Assembly: GCF_042651185.1 (NCBI RefSeq)
Contig: NZ_JBHSCL010000002.1
Location: 1 to 32,000, forward strand
Source of the DNA: Flagellimonas marina
Lineage (GTDB): Bacteria; Bacteroidota; Bacteroidia; Flavobacteriales; Flavobacteriaceae
Direction of reading: 5' to 3'
Length of the DNA stretch: 32,000 nt
Every line of letters begins with the position of its first letter. Position 1 is the stretch's first letter. Under the pieces are notes generated by a model. That model made no database searches. It was not told where the DNA came from and worked only from the letters and a program-made list of their open reading frames with translations. Positions 1 through 7,844 of the stretch are shown piece by piece. The position numbers and the translations under genes are program-made.

Positions 1-392
1 GCGCATTGGTGGATGTGCGAGATGAAGACTCCGACCCTACAAACGAAAACCAAACCGTTTCTCAAGGAACAGGAATTACGGTGAATCAAACTGGACAGGA
101 TTTTTCAGTAGCAGTCACCAATCCTATCATTGCTTTGGGGCGCATTACTGCTGGAACAGACAATTCCTCTGGAGCAACCGTTGTAAATAATACCGGCGGG
201 TCATATACTGTCACTCTTTCAATAGCTCCTGCTCCAGCCAACTATGTTGTTCAGCTGACAGCAAATAGTGCTATCGGCGCCAGAACAATTCAAGTCACCA
301 ATCAAACTGCAACTGAATTTAGTGTTCAAATTTATGACGGTGCAGGCGCAACTGCTGATTCTGACTGGTATTATACAGTAATAGCATTTTAA
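1..392 (+). CDS. C-terminal fragment of a larger hypothetical, probably cell-surface, protein (5' end upstream of window)
   Basis: The frame is open from nt 3 to TAA 390-392. The sequence is Thr/Asn/Gly/Ala-rich and beta-strand-like (..VTNQTATEFSVQIYDGAGATADSDWYYTVIAF). It is followed 3 nt later by a T9SS-sorted protein gene. No family recognised with certainty. Confidence 0.5.
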   Translation, partial: ALVDVRDEDSDPTNENQTVSQGTGITVNQTGQDFSVAVTNPIIALGRITAGTDNSSGATVVNNTGGSYTVTLSIAPAPANYVVQLTANSAIGARTIQVTNQTATEFSVQIYDGAGATADSDWYYTVIAF

Positions 393-395
393 CCC

Positions 396-1556
396 TTGAA
401 AACCCTCCTCTACATATCAATTTTTGTGCTTGGTCTAAGTTTACAGGCCCAAATTGGGCTGTACCACAGCGGCAATATGCAGGTACATGGTAATCTGGGG
501 TTCCATATCAATTTCATCAACGATTCCGCTTTTGACCAAACCCAAGGTCTGGTCGGGTTTTATGGGGACAATGTGATTCAGGTATCGGGCAACATACCCC
601 CAACGCTCTGGGATGCTGAGGTTATGCTCGATAACAACATGTTTTTAGAGAATACCGTAAACGTGCAGAACAACTTCAATTTTATTGATGGCAACATTTT
701 AACTCCTAAAAGTGATCAGGCGGTCTATCTCAATTTTATGGACCAAGGTCAATTTTCGGGAGAATCCAACCTATCAAAAGTAACGGGGTTTGCTGCGGTC
801 AACAATCGCGATTTTTTCTTTTTTCCGGTGGGGGACCAAAATTTGCTTCGCCCCTTGACCCTGAATTCGGAAAGTGTTTCACCCTTGTCCATTTGTGCCT
901 ATTTTTTTGAAAATCCCACAAATCCTTCTTCCATAACAGAAAACTTTGACGTGGAGCAAAAAGTACGTGATATTGGCACGGTGACCGATCGGGAATTTTG
1001 GATTGTTCAAAGTGACGCTCCAGCTCAGGTCACCATAGGATGGAATACCCGGAGCGCTTTGGGCCTTATACCCAATGCCACATTTGAATCCATTATAGCC
1101 GTAGGATGGAGCAAAGCCTCCAATCAATGGGTCATTATTGGAAATTCTTCCACTAGCGGTGATCTTACCGAAGGTTTCTTAACCACTAAGACCTTTGTAC
1201 CCAGTGAATATGCCGCCATTACCTTTGGGACCATTCCGTTACCAACAGACACTTTTGCGGTGAACAACCCAACTTTGGGGAACTATTTTTTGAGTCCAAA
1301 TGGCGACGGCACCAACGACTTTTTGGTGATTGACGGTATGGAAGAATCTCCCAACAACAGCTTGATCATTTACAATAGACTTGGACAAAAAGTCTTTGAA
1401 AAAGTCAACTACGTGAATGAATTTTATGGAGTGGCCAATGCGGGCAGTCTGTACCTCAATCAAGAAATGGGTCTACCCGAAGGAGTGTATTATTACCTTG
1501 CCACATTGAATGACCTTGGTCTGGAATACACCGGTTTTCTCTTCTTGGACCGATAA
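396..1556 (+). CDS. T9SS type B (gliding-motility-associated) C-terminal sorting domain protein
   Basis: TTG start directly after the upstream stop. Signal peptide MKTLLYISIFVLGLSLQAQ. The C-terminal ~85 aa (LSPNGDGTNDFLVIDG..SLIIYNRLGQKVFE..LPEGVYYYLATL..GFLFLDR) fit the type-B CTD consensus (TIGR04131-like). Confidence 0.8.
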   Translation: MKTLLYISIFVLGLSLQAQIGLYHSGNMQVHGNLGFHINFINDSAFDQTQGLVGFYGDNVIQVSGNIPPTLWDAEVMLDNNMFLENTVNVQNNFNFIDGNILTPKSDQAVYLNFMDQGQFSGESNLSKVTGFAAVNNRDFFFFPVGDQNLLRPLTLNSESVSPLSICAYFFENPTNPSSITENFDVEQKVRDIGTVTDREFWIVQSDAPAQVTIGWNTRSALGLIPNATFESIIAVGWSKASNQWVIIGNSSTSGDLTEGFLTTKTFVPSEYAAITFGTIPLPTDTFAVNNPTLGNYFLSPNGDGTNDFLVIDGMEESPNNSLIIYNRLGQKVFEKVNYVNEFYGVANAGSLYLNQEMGLPEGVYYYLATLNDLGLEYTGFLFLDR

Positions 1557-1635
1557 TGATAACCAACGTTCCCATGAAAACCAATATGGTAACGAACTGA
1601 AAAATACTTCTTAACTTGGCACGAAAATCATTTCC

Positions 1636-2370
1636 ATGAAGAGAAGGACTTTCATAAAAACCACCTCTGTTTCTAGCTTAGCCTGCGCCATTCCCCCTGT
1701 TTTTTCAAATTTTAACGACCCTGATTACTCCACAGACGAATTGATAGGCAAGGCCGTGATAGACCTTTTTGGCGAGGGCATCAATCTTAGAAAAGAGGCG
1801 TATGAATCTTTTGTGGCTATGAAAAAAGCGGCCTATTCAGATGGTTTTGATATTAAAATGGTGTCCAGTTATAGGGATTTTTACCATCAAGCGAGTATTT
1901 GGGAACGAAAATTCTTGCGCTTTACTGAAGATGAGGGCATGGAACCCTTACCTGCCATTGACAAGATCATTGAATATTCCACCATTCCCGGCACCAGCAG
2001 GCACCATTGGGGCACCGATATTGATATTATTGATGGTAACCCTAAAGTTTCTGGCGATGTTCTGGTACCCGAAAAATTTGAAAAAGGTGGTCCCTTTGAA
2101 AACTTCAAGCTTTGGCTGGACGAAAATTCAGAGAAATTCGGTTTCTATTTGGTCTACACCAATGAACCCAAACGAAGAGGATTTAAATATGAGCCCTGGC
2201 ATTACAGCTATGCCCCACTTTCCATTCCCATGTTAACGGCCTACCGAAGACTTAACGTTCTGCGCTTATTGCAAAAAGAGGATTTTTTGGGCTCCGAACA
2301 TTTTACAACAGGCTTTGTTAAGACCTACGTTCAGGACAATATTCTGGATATAAATCCAGCGTTGTTGTAG
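1636..2370 (+). CDS. M15 family (VanY-like) D-alanyl-D-alanine carboxypeptidase, Tat-exported
   Basis: Twin-arginine signal MKRRTFIKT. Motifs SSYRDFYHQ, HHWGTDIDI and EPWHYSY are typical of zinc D,D/L,D-carboxypeptidases of family M15. Confidence 0.8.
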   Translation: MKRRTFIKTTSVSSLACAIPPVFSNFNDPDYSTDELIGKAVIDLFGEGINLRKEAYESFVAMKKAAYSDGFDIKMVSSYRDFYHQASIWERKFLRFTEDEGMEPLPAIDKIIEYSTIPGTSRHHWGTDIDIIDGNPKVSGDVLVPEKFEKGGPFENFKLWLDENSEKFGFYLVYTNEPKRRGFKYEPWHYSYAPLSIPMLTAYRRLNVLRLLQKEDFLGSEHFTTGFVKTYVQDNILDINPALL

Positions 2371-2412
2371 CGGTTTTTTTCGTATCTTCAATTGCCTAGA
2401 ACACTACCCATT

Positions 2413-3177
2413 ATGAGAAGAGGAAGTTGGAGAATCCGTATCCTTATTGGACTGGCCATTGTAGCTTTCGCCTTTATTCGTCGTTGCAACAATCAAGAAG
2501 AGAACCCCTATACTGGAAGGGTACAAAATATAGACATGACCGCGGAACAGGAGATTGCCATTGGGCTGCAGAGCGCCCCAGAAATGGCACAGCAACATGG
2601 TGGTCTTTATCCCGATGAACGCATGCAGTCGCTGGTCGATGCCGTGGGCAAAAAACTGGTCAACAACAGTATTGCACGGGAAACACCTTATCAATATGAT
2701 TTTCATCTTTTGGCGGATGACCAAACCATTAATGCCTTTGCCCTACCCGGTGGACAATGCTTTATTACCTATGCCCTGTTCTCACAACTGAACGAAGCCC
2801 AATTGGCCGGGGTATTGGGGCACGAAATTGCCCATGTGATCGGTAGGCACTCCGCCGAACGGATTGCAGAAAGCAGTTTCTGGCAGACATTGGCCACAGG
2901 TGCATCGGTGGGAGGTGATATGGGAAGTGTAGTGGCTGGCATCGGTCAAAACACCCTATTAAAAAATGGTCGGGGTGATGAATTGGAAAGTGATGAATTG
3001 GGTGTGCAATTTATGATCCAATCCGGATATGACCCCTACGAAATGATAAATGTAATGGAAATACTAAAATCGGCGGCTGGTCCAAATCGGGTGCCGGAAT
3101 TTCAGAGTACCCATCCAGACCCAGAAAATCGAATTGAAAAAATAAAGGAGGCCATCAAAAAATATTCAGGTCGATAG
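2413..3177 (+). CDS. M48 family zinc metallopeptidase
   Basis: HEIAHV (HExxH) zinc motif, N-terminal TM helix (ILIGLAIVAFAFI), and a length and layout typical of M48 peptidases. ATG 2413 is preferred over the TTG 2392 start in the ORF track. Confidence 0.85.
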   Translation: MRRGSWRIRILIGLAIVAFAFIRRCNNQEENPYTGRVQNIDMTAEQEIAIGLQSAPEMAQQHGGLYPDERMQSLVDAVGKKLVNNSIARETPYQYDFHLLADDQTINAFALPGGQCFITYALFSQLNEAQLAGVLGHEIAHVIGRHSAERIAESSFWQTLATGASVGGDMGSVVAGIGQNTLLKNGRGDELESDELGVQFMIQSGYDPYEMINVMEILKSAAGPNRVPEFQSTHPDPENRIEKIKEAIKKYSGR

Positions 3178-3222
3178 AATTTGTACTTTATCGATAAAAC
3201 AAGGGTTTTGACAAGATTTGCT

Positions 3223-3230
3223 TACCTTTG
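3223..3230 (+). promoter_or_regulatory. Bacteroidetes-type -7 box TACCTTTG (TAnnTTTG)
   Basis: Exact match to the TAnnTTTG -7 consensus, 64 nt upstream of the small ORF at 3294. No well-spaced -33 TTG seen. Confidence 0.35.
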
Positions 3231-3293
3231 AGACAACCCCAAATCCTACAACCGTTTACTTCTCCCATTTGTGCTTAACATAAATGAGAACAC

Positions 3294-3461
3294 ATGGGAA
3301 CACTACTACACTTTAAAAACCTCTATTTAGAGGCATTTGACGATTGTAAACCGAGCTTTATTGTACTTTTTTTAAAAGGGTATTCCGTATTTTGTGGCGT
3401 CATGTTGATTATGGCGGTATATGCGTTTTTATATAGAGCTTTCACAGGCTTTGAATTCTAA
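3294..3461 (+). CDS. Possible 55-aa small membrane protein (below the ORF-track length cutoff)
   Basis: ATG..TAA ORF translated by hand: MGTLLHFKNLYLEAFDDCKPSFIVLFLKGYSVFCGVMLIMAVYAFLYRAFTGFEF. It has one clear hydrophobic helix, a TAnnTTTG box upstream and a strong hairpin terminator about 50 nt downstream, in an otherwise empty 380-bp gap. Confidence 0.3.
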   Translation: MGTLLHFKNLYLEAFDDCKPSFIVLFLKGYSVFCGVMLIMAVYAFLYRAFTGFEF

Positions 3462-3502
3462 GCCTTTAAAATACTCTTTTACAGGACACTACAAGTAAAT
3501 GA

Positions 3503-3536
3503 GAAAAAAAAGCCCATCCAATTGGATGGGCTTTTT
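3503..3536. terminator. Bidirectional rho-independent terminator
   Basis: Perfect palindrome GCCCATCCAATTGGATGGGC (3512-3531) flanked by an A-run upstream and TTTTT downstream. It can terminate the minus-strand ankyrin gene (stop at 3559) and the plus-strand small ORF. Confidence 0.65.
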
Positions 3537-3558
3537 GCTTTGAATGAATAAACTCCTT

Positions 3559-3945
3559 TTATTTTTTCATAGCATTTTCCAAAACGGCCAATGCTTCAGT
3601 TGCATTGGATATTTCGGCATATTTTTTAGCAGTATATCCTTGATCGGAACGTCTTTTAAAATTGGCTCCGTTTTCTATGAGCATTTTCAAGATTTCGGCT
3701 TGGTTGTAACGAGCGGCAAAATGCACAGGTGCCATCCCAAGGGATTTTTCGTTGACATCTTCGCCCAATTCAATGAGTTTTTTAACCGTTTCCACATCGC
3801 CTTGAATAATGGCCTTGCAAAACGGATTGACCTCAACGGGTAGGGCGGAAACATTCAGATTAACATCTGATACAGGTTCATTGGCAGAAATGCCGGTCGT
3901 TGCTAGCATGCAAAATGCAGCTACTGTTAGGATTGTTTTTTTCAT
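3559..3945 (-). CDS. Secreted ankyrin-repeat protein
   Basis: Signal peptide MKKTILTVAAFCMLATTGISA. Two ANK-like repeats (..FCKAIIQGDVETVKKLIELGEDVN.. and ..MAPVHFAARYNQAEILKMLIENGANFK..). Confidence 0.8.
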   Translation of the reverse strand: MKKTILTVAAFCMLATTGISANEPVSDVNLNVSALPVEVNPFCKAIIQGDVETVKKLIELGEDVNEKSLGMAPVHFAARYNQAEILKMLIENGANFKRRSDQGYTAKKYAEISNATEALAVLENAMKK

Positions 3946-3978
3946 GATGAATAATTTTGTTTATAGATTAAACTGTTA

Positions 3979-3986
3979 CAAAAATA
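3979..3986 (-). promoter_or_regulatory. -7 box TATTTTTG (minus strand) for the ankyrin gene
   Basis: Plus-strand CAAAAATA is the reverse complement of TATTTTTG and lies about 33 nt upstream of ATG 3945. Confidence 0.4.
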
Positions 3987-4126
3987 GACTTCTGCACAGG
4001 CCTTATGTTACAGCATTAACAGTTAAATAACTAAACTTTAACAATGCTTCATTAAAGGCTCCCTAAAATTATTAAATCCGCAACCATAAAACTCCCTAAA
4101 AACTAGGGCATCCAGTCAAATCGTTC

Positions 4127-4134
4127 TATTTTTG
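4127..4134 (+). promoter_or_regulatory. -7 box TATTTTTG for gpmI
   Basis: Exact TAnnTTTG, 17 nt upstream of ATG 4152. Confidence 0.45.
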
Positions 4135-4151
4135 AAGCACAATTTTGCATC

Positions 4152-5669
4152 ATGAATAAAAAAGTAATCCTTATGATTTTGGACGGCTGGGGAAAATCGC
4201 CAGACCCAAAAGTTTCGGCCATTGCGCAGGCCAATACACCCTTTGTTGATTCACTGTACACCCAATATCCCAATGCCAACCTTCTTACCGATGGTATGCA
4301 TGTTGGTCTTCCAGAGGGACAAATGGGAAATAGCGAAGTGGGCCACATGAACCTTGGTGCCGGTAGAATTGTATATCAAGATCTGGCCAAAATCAATAAA
4401 GCGGTCAAAGAGGATACCCTAAAGGATGAAAACGTGTTGAAAGATGCCTTTGCGTATGCCAAGAGCAATGACAAGGCCGTTCATTTTCTAGGTTTGGTGA
4501 GCGATGGGGGCGTGCATAGCCATATGGACCACTTAAAAGCCCTAATTAAAGCAGCAGATGACTATGGGGTGCAAAAATCCTTTGTCCATGCTTTTACGGA
4601 TGGACGTGATGTTGATCCAAAAAGTGGAAAAGGTTTCTTGATTGACCTTACCCATTTTTGCTCGGATAAAAACACCAAGTTGGCCACGGTAATTGGAAGA
4701 TACTATGCCATGGACCGTGACAAGCGCTGGGAACGGGTAAAATTGGCGTATGATGTAATGGTGAACACGGAAGGCGAAAAAATACGCAACATAAGTGATG
4801 CCATGCAAAAAAGTTATGATGATGGCATTACCGATGAATTTATAAAACCTTTGGTTTTAACCGATGCCAATAATCAACCCTTGACAAAAATTGTTGAGGG
4901 CGATGTTGTAATCTTTTTCAACTTTAGGACCGATCGTGGTCGTGAATTGACCCAAGCCTTGAGCCAACAGGATTTCCATGAGCAGAACATGCACAAAATG
5001 GACCTATATTACGTCACCATGACCAATTACGATGATTCCTTCAAAGACATTAAAGTGGTCTATGACAAGGAGAATATCAAGGACACCCTGGGTGAAGTAT
5101 TGGCCAAAAACAACAAAAAACAAATTCGTATTGCAGAGACGGAAAAATATCCCCACGTGACATTTTTCTTCAACGGAGGACGGGAAGAACCCTTTGAAGG
5201 TGAACAACGAATCCTATGCCCATCGCCAAAAGTGGCTACATACGACCTCCAACCCGAAATGAGCGCCTATGATATTAGAGACGCCATCATTCCCGAACTG
5301 AAGAAGGGTGAGGCTGATTTTGTATGCCTCAACTTTGCCAACCCAGATATGGTGGGACACACCGGAGTTATGGAAGCAGCCATTAAGGCTTGCGAAACAG
5401 TAGATGAATGCGCCAAGGATGTTATTACAGCGGGATTGGAAAATGACTATTCCACTATCGTAATTGCCGACCACGGGAATTGTGATACCATGATCAATCC
5501 AGATGGAAGCCCAAATACAGCGCATACCACCAATCCAGTTCCCTTGATTCTTGTGGACAAGGATATAAAAGAAATCAAAGATGGGGTCTTAGGGGATATT
5601 GCTCCTACTATTTTAAAAATGATAGGCATTTCCCAACCCGAACTTATGACCCAAAAACCATTGGTTTAG
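4152..5669 (+). CDS. gpmI: 2,3-bisphosphoglycerate-independent phosphoglycerate mutase
   Basis: 505 aa. N-terminus ILMILDGWG, then GNSEVGHMNLGAGR, SDGGVHSH and ADHGN motifs characteristic of iPGM. Confidence 0.95.
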   Translation: MNKKVILMILDGWGKSPDPKVSAIAQANTPFVDSLYTQYPNANLLTDGMHVGLPEGQMGNSEVGHMNLGAGRIVYQDLAKINKAVKEDTLKDENVLKDAFAYAKSNDKAVHFLGLVSDGGVHSHMDHLKALIKAADDYGVQKSFVHAFTDGRDVDPKSGKGFLIDLTHFCSDKNTKLATVIGRYYAMDRDKRWERVKLAYDVMVNTEGEKIRNISDAMQKSYDDGITDEFIKPLVLTDANNQPLTKIVEGDVVIFFNFRTDRGRELTQALSQQDFHEQNMHKMDLYYVTMTNYDDSFKDIKVVYDKENIKDTLGEVLAKNNKKQIRIAETEKYPHVTFFFNGGREEPFEGEQRILCPSPKVATYDLQPEMSAYDIRDAIIPELKKGEADFVCLNFANPDMVGHTGVMEAAIKACETVDECAKDVITAGLENDYSTIVIADHGNCDTMINPDGSPNTAHTTNPVPLILVDKDIKEIKDGVLGDIAPTILKMIGISQPELMTQKPLV

Positions 5670-5701
5670 GGCAAAATTCGCCATAATCCATAGATTCAAT
5701 T

Positions 5702-5709
5702 TATCTTTG
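5702..5709 (+). promoter_or_regulatory. -7 box TATCTTTG immediately upstream of map
   Basis: Exact TAnnTTTG only 5 nt before ATG 5715. If used, the map mRNA would be nearly leaderless. Confidence 0.35.
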
Positions 5710-5714
5710 CGGCT

Positions 5715-6533
5715 ATGATTCACGTTAAGACAGCAGAGGAAATTGAATTGATGCGCGAAAGTGCCCTAGTAGTTTCCAAAACTTTAGGCCTTTTGGCCAA
5801 AGAAATCAAACCGGGGGCCATTCCATTGGCATTGGATAAAATGGCCGAAGAATTTATTCGGGAGCAAGGAGCCATACCTGGGTTCTTAGGTATGTACGAT
5901 TTTCCCAACACCCTTAATTGGAGCCCCAACGCCCAAGTTGTGCATGGCATTCCCAATAACGATCCACTGAAAGAAGGTGATATTGTTTCTGTGGATTGCG
6001 GTGCCGTAAAAAATGGATTTTATGGAGACCATGCCTATACCTTTGAGGTAGGCGAAGTTGCCGCCGAAACCAAAAAATTGCTGCAGGTGACCAAAGAATC
6101 CCTTTACATAGGAATCAAGCAGTTCAAAGAAGGAAACCGTGTCGGCGATGTGGGGTACGCCATCCAAAAATATTGCGAAGATCATGGCTACGGAGTGGTT
6201 CGTGAATTGGTGGGTCATGGTTTGGGAAAAGAATTGCATGAAGATCCCCAAATGCCCAATTATGGGAAGCGAGGTCGTGGTAAAAAATTTGTTAATGGCA
6301 CTGTTGTGGCCATTGAGCCCATGATCAATATGGGTACGCGCCGAATTAAACAATTGAAGGACGGATGGACCATTCTTACGGCCGATGGTAAACCCAGCGC
6401 TCACTTTGAGCATAATGTTGCCATAGTGGACGGAAAACCAGAGCTGCTCTCCACGTTCCAATATATTTATGACGCCTTGGGCATTACCAGCGATGAGGAG
6501 GAGGAGTTCCGAAGCAAGAAATTGGTATTGTAA
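5715..6533 (+). CDS. map: Type I methionine aminopeptidase
   Basis: 272 aa with VHGIP, DIVSVDCG, GYxGD, GHGLG and AIEPM motifs, the metal ligands of MetAP-I. Confidence 0.95.
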   Translation: MIHVKTAEEIELMRESALVVSKTLGLLAKEIKPGAIPLALDKMAEEFIREQGAIPGFLGMYDFPNTLNWSPNAQVVHGIPNNDPLKEGDIVSVDCGAVKNGFYGDHAYTFEVGEVAAETKKLLQVTKESLYIGIKQFKEGNRVGDVGYAIQKYCEDHGYGVVRELVGHGLGKELHEDPQMPNYGKRGRGKKFVNGTVVAIEPMINMGTRRIKQLKDGWTILTADGKPSAHFEHNVAIVDGKPELLSTFQYIYDALGITSDEEEEFRSKKLVL

Positions 6534-6547
6534 AATACCTTATCTTG

Positions 6548-6560
6548 TTTGACACGAATT
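6548..6560. repeat. Left arm of 13-bp perfect inverted repeat (TTTGACACGAATT)
   Basis: Exact reverse complement of 6977-6989. It lies 19 nt upstream of the GxxExxY start codon. Confidence 0.9.
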
Positions 6561-6579
6561 TTTCTAATTACTCGAATAA

Positions 6580-6966
6580 ATGTCCCAAATCATTTATAAA
6601 AACGAGTCCTACTTCGTCATTGGATTATGTATGGATATACATAATGAGCTTGGCAAAGGATTCAGTGAAGCAGTTTACGGCGATGCCTTGGAAATTGAAT
6701 TAAAATCCAACGGTGTTCCATTTCAAAAAGAAGTAAAATTCGATATCATCTACAAAGGAGAAAAATTAAGGCATCATTATTACGCGGATTATGTAGTAGA
6801 TGATAAAATAATCTTGGAGCTCAAAGCTGTAGAAAGGATTAGCAGCAGTCACGTAAAACAAACATTAAATTATTTGGCCGCATCAAAATTAAAACTGGGA
6901 ATAATTGTAAATTTTGGAGAGGATAGTTTAGTTTACAAAAGAGTAATATTGCAATCCAGTTCGTGA
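6580..6966 (+). CDS. GxxExxY family protein (PD-(D/E)XK nuclease-like superfamily)
   Basis: 128 aa with the signature GFSEAVY (GxxExxY), then ..LEIEL..GV.FQKEV...IYKGE...YYADYVVDDKIILELKAV, as in the TIGR04256-type family. Confidence 0.85.
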   Translation: MSQIIYKNESYFVIGLCMDIHNELGKGFSEAVYGDALEIELKSNGVPFQKEVKFDIIYKGEKLRHHYYADYVVDDKIILELKAVERISSSHVKQTLNYLAASKLKLGIIVNFGEDSLVYKRVILQSSS

Positions 6967-6976
6967 AAATTCGTAT

Positions 6977-6989
6977 AATTCGTGTCAAA
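6977..6989. repeat. Right arm of 13-bp perfect inverted repeat (AATTCGTGTCAAA)
   Basis: Reverse complement of 6548-6560. It lies 10 nt after the GxxExxY stop and contains the GTG start (6982) of the next gene. Confidence 0.9.
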
Positions 6990-7746
6990 AATATTTAAGT
7001 TCTTCCTCAATCTTATCCCAAGACCCTTACTCATACGATTAAGCTATTGGGTTCGGCCACTGATTGCCTTTTCCCTAAAGGGAAAAAAGTTCATCGACCC
7101 GATTGATGGAAAAAGTTTTAGGAAGTTTTTACCCTACGGTTATGAAAATCCACGGGAAAATGTGCTCTCCCCCTCTACACTTTCCTTGGAACGGCACCGA
7201 TTGCTTTGGCTCTATCTTGTAAATGAAACGGATTTCTTTACCAAACCATACAAGGTCCTCCATTTTGCCCCTGAGCAAGCTTTTTACGATCGTTTTAAAA
7301 GGTTGAAAAACATTACGTATACCACTACCGATTTAAACTCTCCCTTGGCCGATGTAAAGGCTGATATCTGTAATTTACCTTTTGAAGACGATGCTTTTGA
7401 TGTGATTCTCTGCAACCATGTTTTGGAGCATATTCCCAACGACACCAAGGCCATGCAAGAGCTATATCGGGTAATGAAACCTGGTGGCTGGGGCATTTTT
7501 CAAATTCCTCAGGATTTAAAACGGGAAAAGACCTTTGAGGATGACTCCATCACCGACAAAAAGGAGCGTGCCAGGATTTTTGGTCAGTACGACCATGTGC
7601 GCATCTACGGGAGGGACTATTTTGATAAATTGAGGAGTATTGGCTTTACCGTCGAAGAAGTAGATTATACACAAAAGCTTCTAAAAGAAGAGGTAGAAAA
7701 ATACCGTTTGGCCAAAGGGGAGATTATTCCTTTAGTCCATAAATAG
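6982..7746 (+). CDS. Class I SAM-dependent methyltransferase (Methyltransf_11-like)
   Basis: 254 aa with ..DAFDVILCNHVLEHIPND..AMQELYRVMKPGGWGIF.., typical of small-molecule/lipid class I methyltransferases. GTG is the only start available because an in-frame TAA sits at 6976-6978. Confidence 0.8.
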   Translation: MSKIFKFFLNLIPRPLLIRLSYWVRPLIAFSLKGKKFIDPIDGKSFRKFLPYGYENPRENVLSPSTLSLERHRLLWLYLVNETDFFTKPYKVLHFAPEQAFYDRFKRLKNITYTTTDLNSPLADVKADICNLPFEDDAFDVILCNHVLEHIPNDTKAMQELYRVMKPGGWGIFQIPQDLKREKTFEDDSITDKKERARIFGQYDHVRIYGRDYFDKLRSIGFTVEEVDYTQKLLKEEVEKYRLAKGEIIPLVHK

Positions 7747-7844
7747 CTTGCAGTCGAGAACTTTAATGAGCCAAAACCGAATTCTTGATACAATTCAGTT
7801 AGGTCTGAATCACTCGAATAGACGGTTTTTAGCCTATTCAATTA

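Noticed and set aside
1841-2236. 131-aa ORF in an alternative frame of the M15 peptidase gene
   Set aside because: It is a same-strand overlapping frame inside a gene with clear catalytic motifs, and it has no features of its own.
2392-2412. Upstream TTG starts proposed by the ORF track (2392, 24390, 29827, 30599)
   Set aside because: In each case an in-frame ATG follows shortly, at 2413, 24417, 29905 and 30638. That ATG yields a typical N-terminus (a TM helix or signal peptide, or a conserved start). For 24417 and 29905 it also lies just downstream of a TAnnTTTG box that the longer ORF would swallow.
3544-3843. 99-aa plus-strand ORF overlapping the ankyrin gene
   Set aside because: The opposite strand encodes a protein with a clear signal peptide and ANK repeats, and the plus-strand ORF begins inside the terminator region. 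It is a shadow ORF.
5886-6461. 191-aa ORF antisense to map
   Set aside because: It lies fully inside and antisense to a well-supported conserved gene and has a low-complexity, odd composition. It is a typical shadow ORF.
6580-7746. GxxExxY nuclease-fold protein plus adjacent methyltransferase as a restriction-modification pair
   Set aside because: The methyltransferase has a class I Methyltransf_11-type layout and none of the DNA MTase motifs I looked for (no DPPY/NPPY or PCQ-type motifs). GxxExxY proteins are not known restriction enzymes, so the adjacency is more likely incidental.
6570-7820. 9-bp direct repeat ACTCGAATA (6570-78 and 7812-20) flanking the GxxExxY and methyltransferase genes, as possible target-site duplication
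   Set aside because: Many 9-mer matches are expected by chance in 32 kb, and there are no associated mobility genes.
7793-7838. Weak hairpins (ATTCAG/CTGAAT and GAATAG/CTATTC) between the convergent methyltransferase and apbE genes as terminators
   Set aside because: The stems are only 6 bp and AT-rich, without a convincing U-run, so the evidence is too weak to call.
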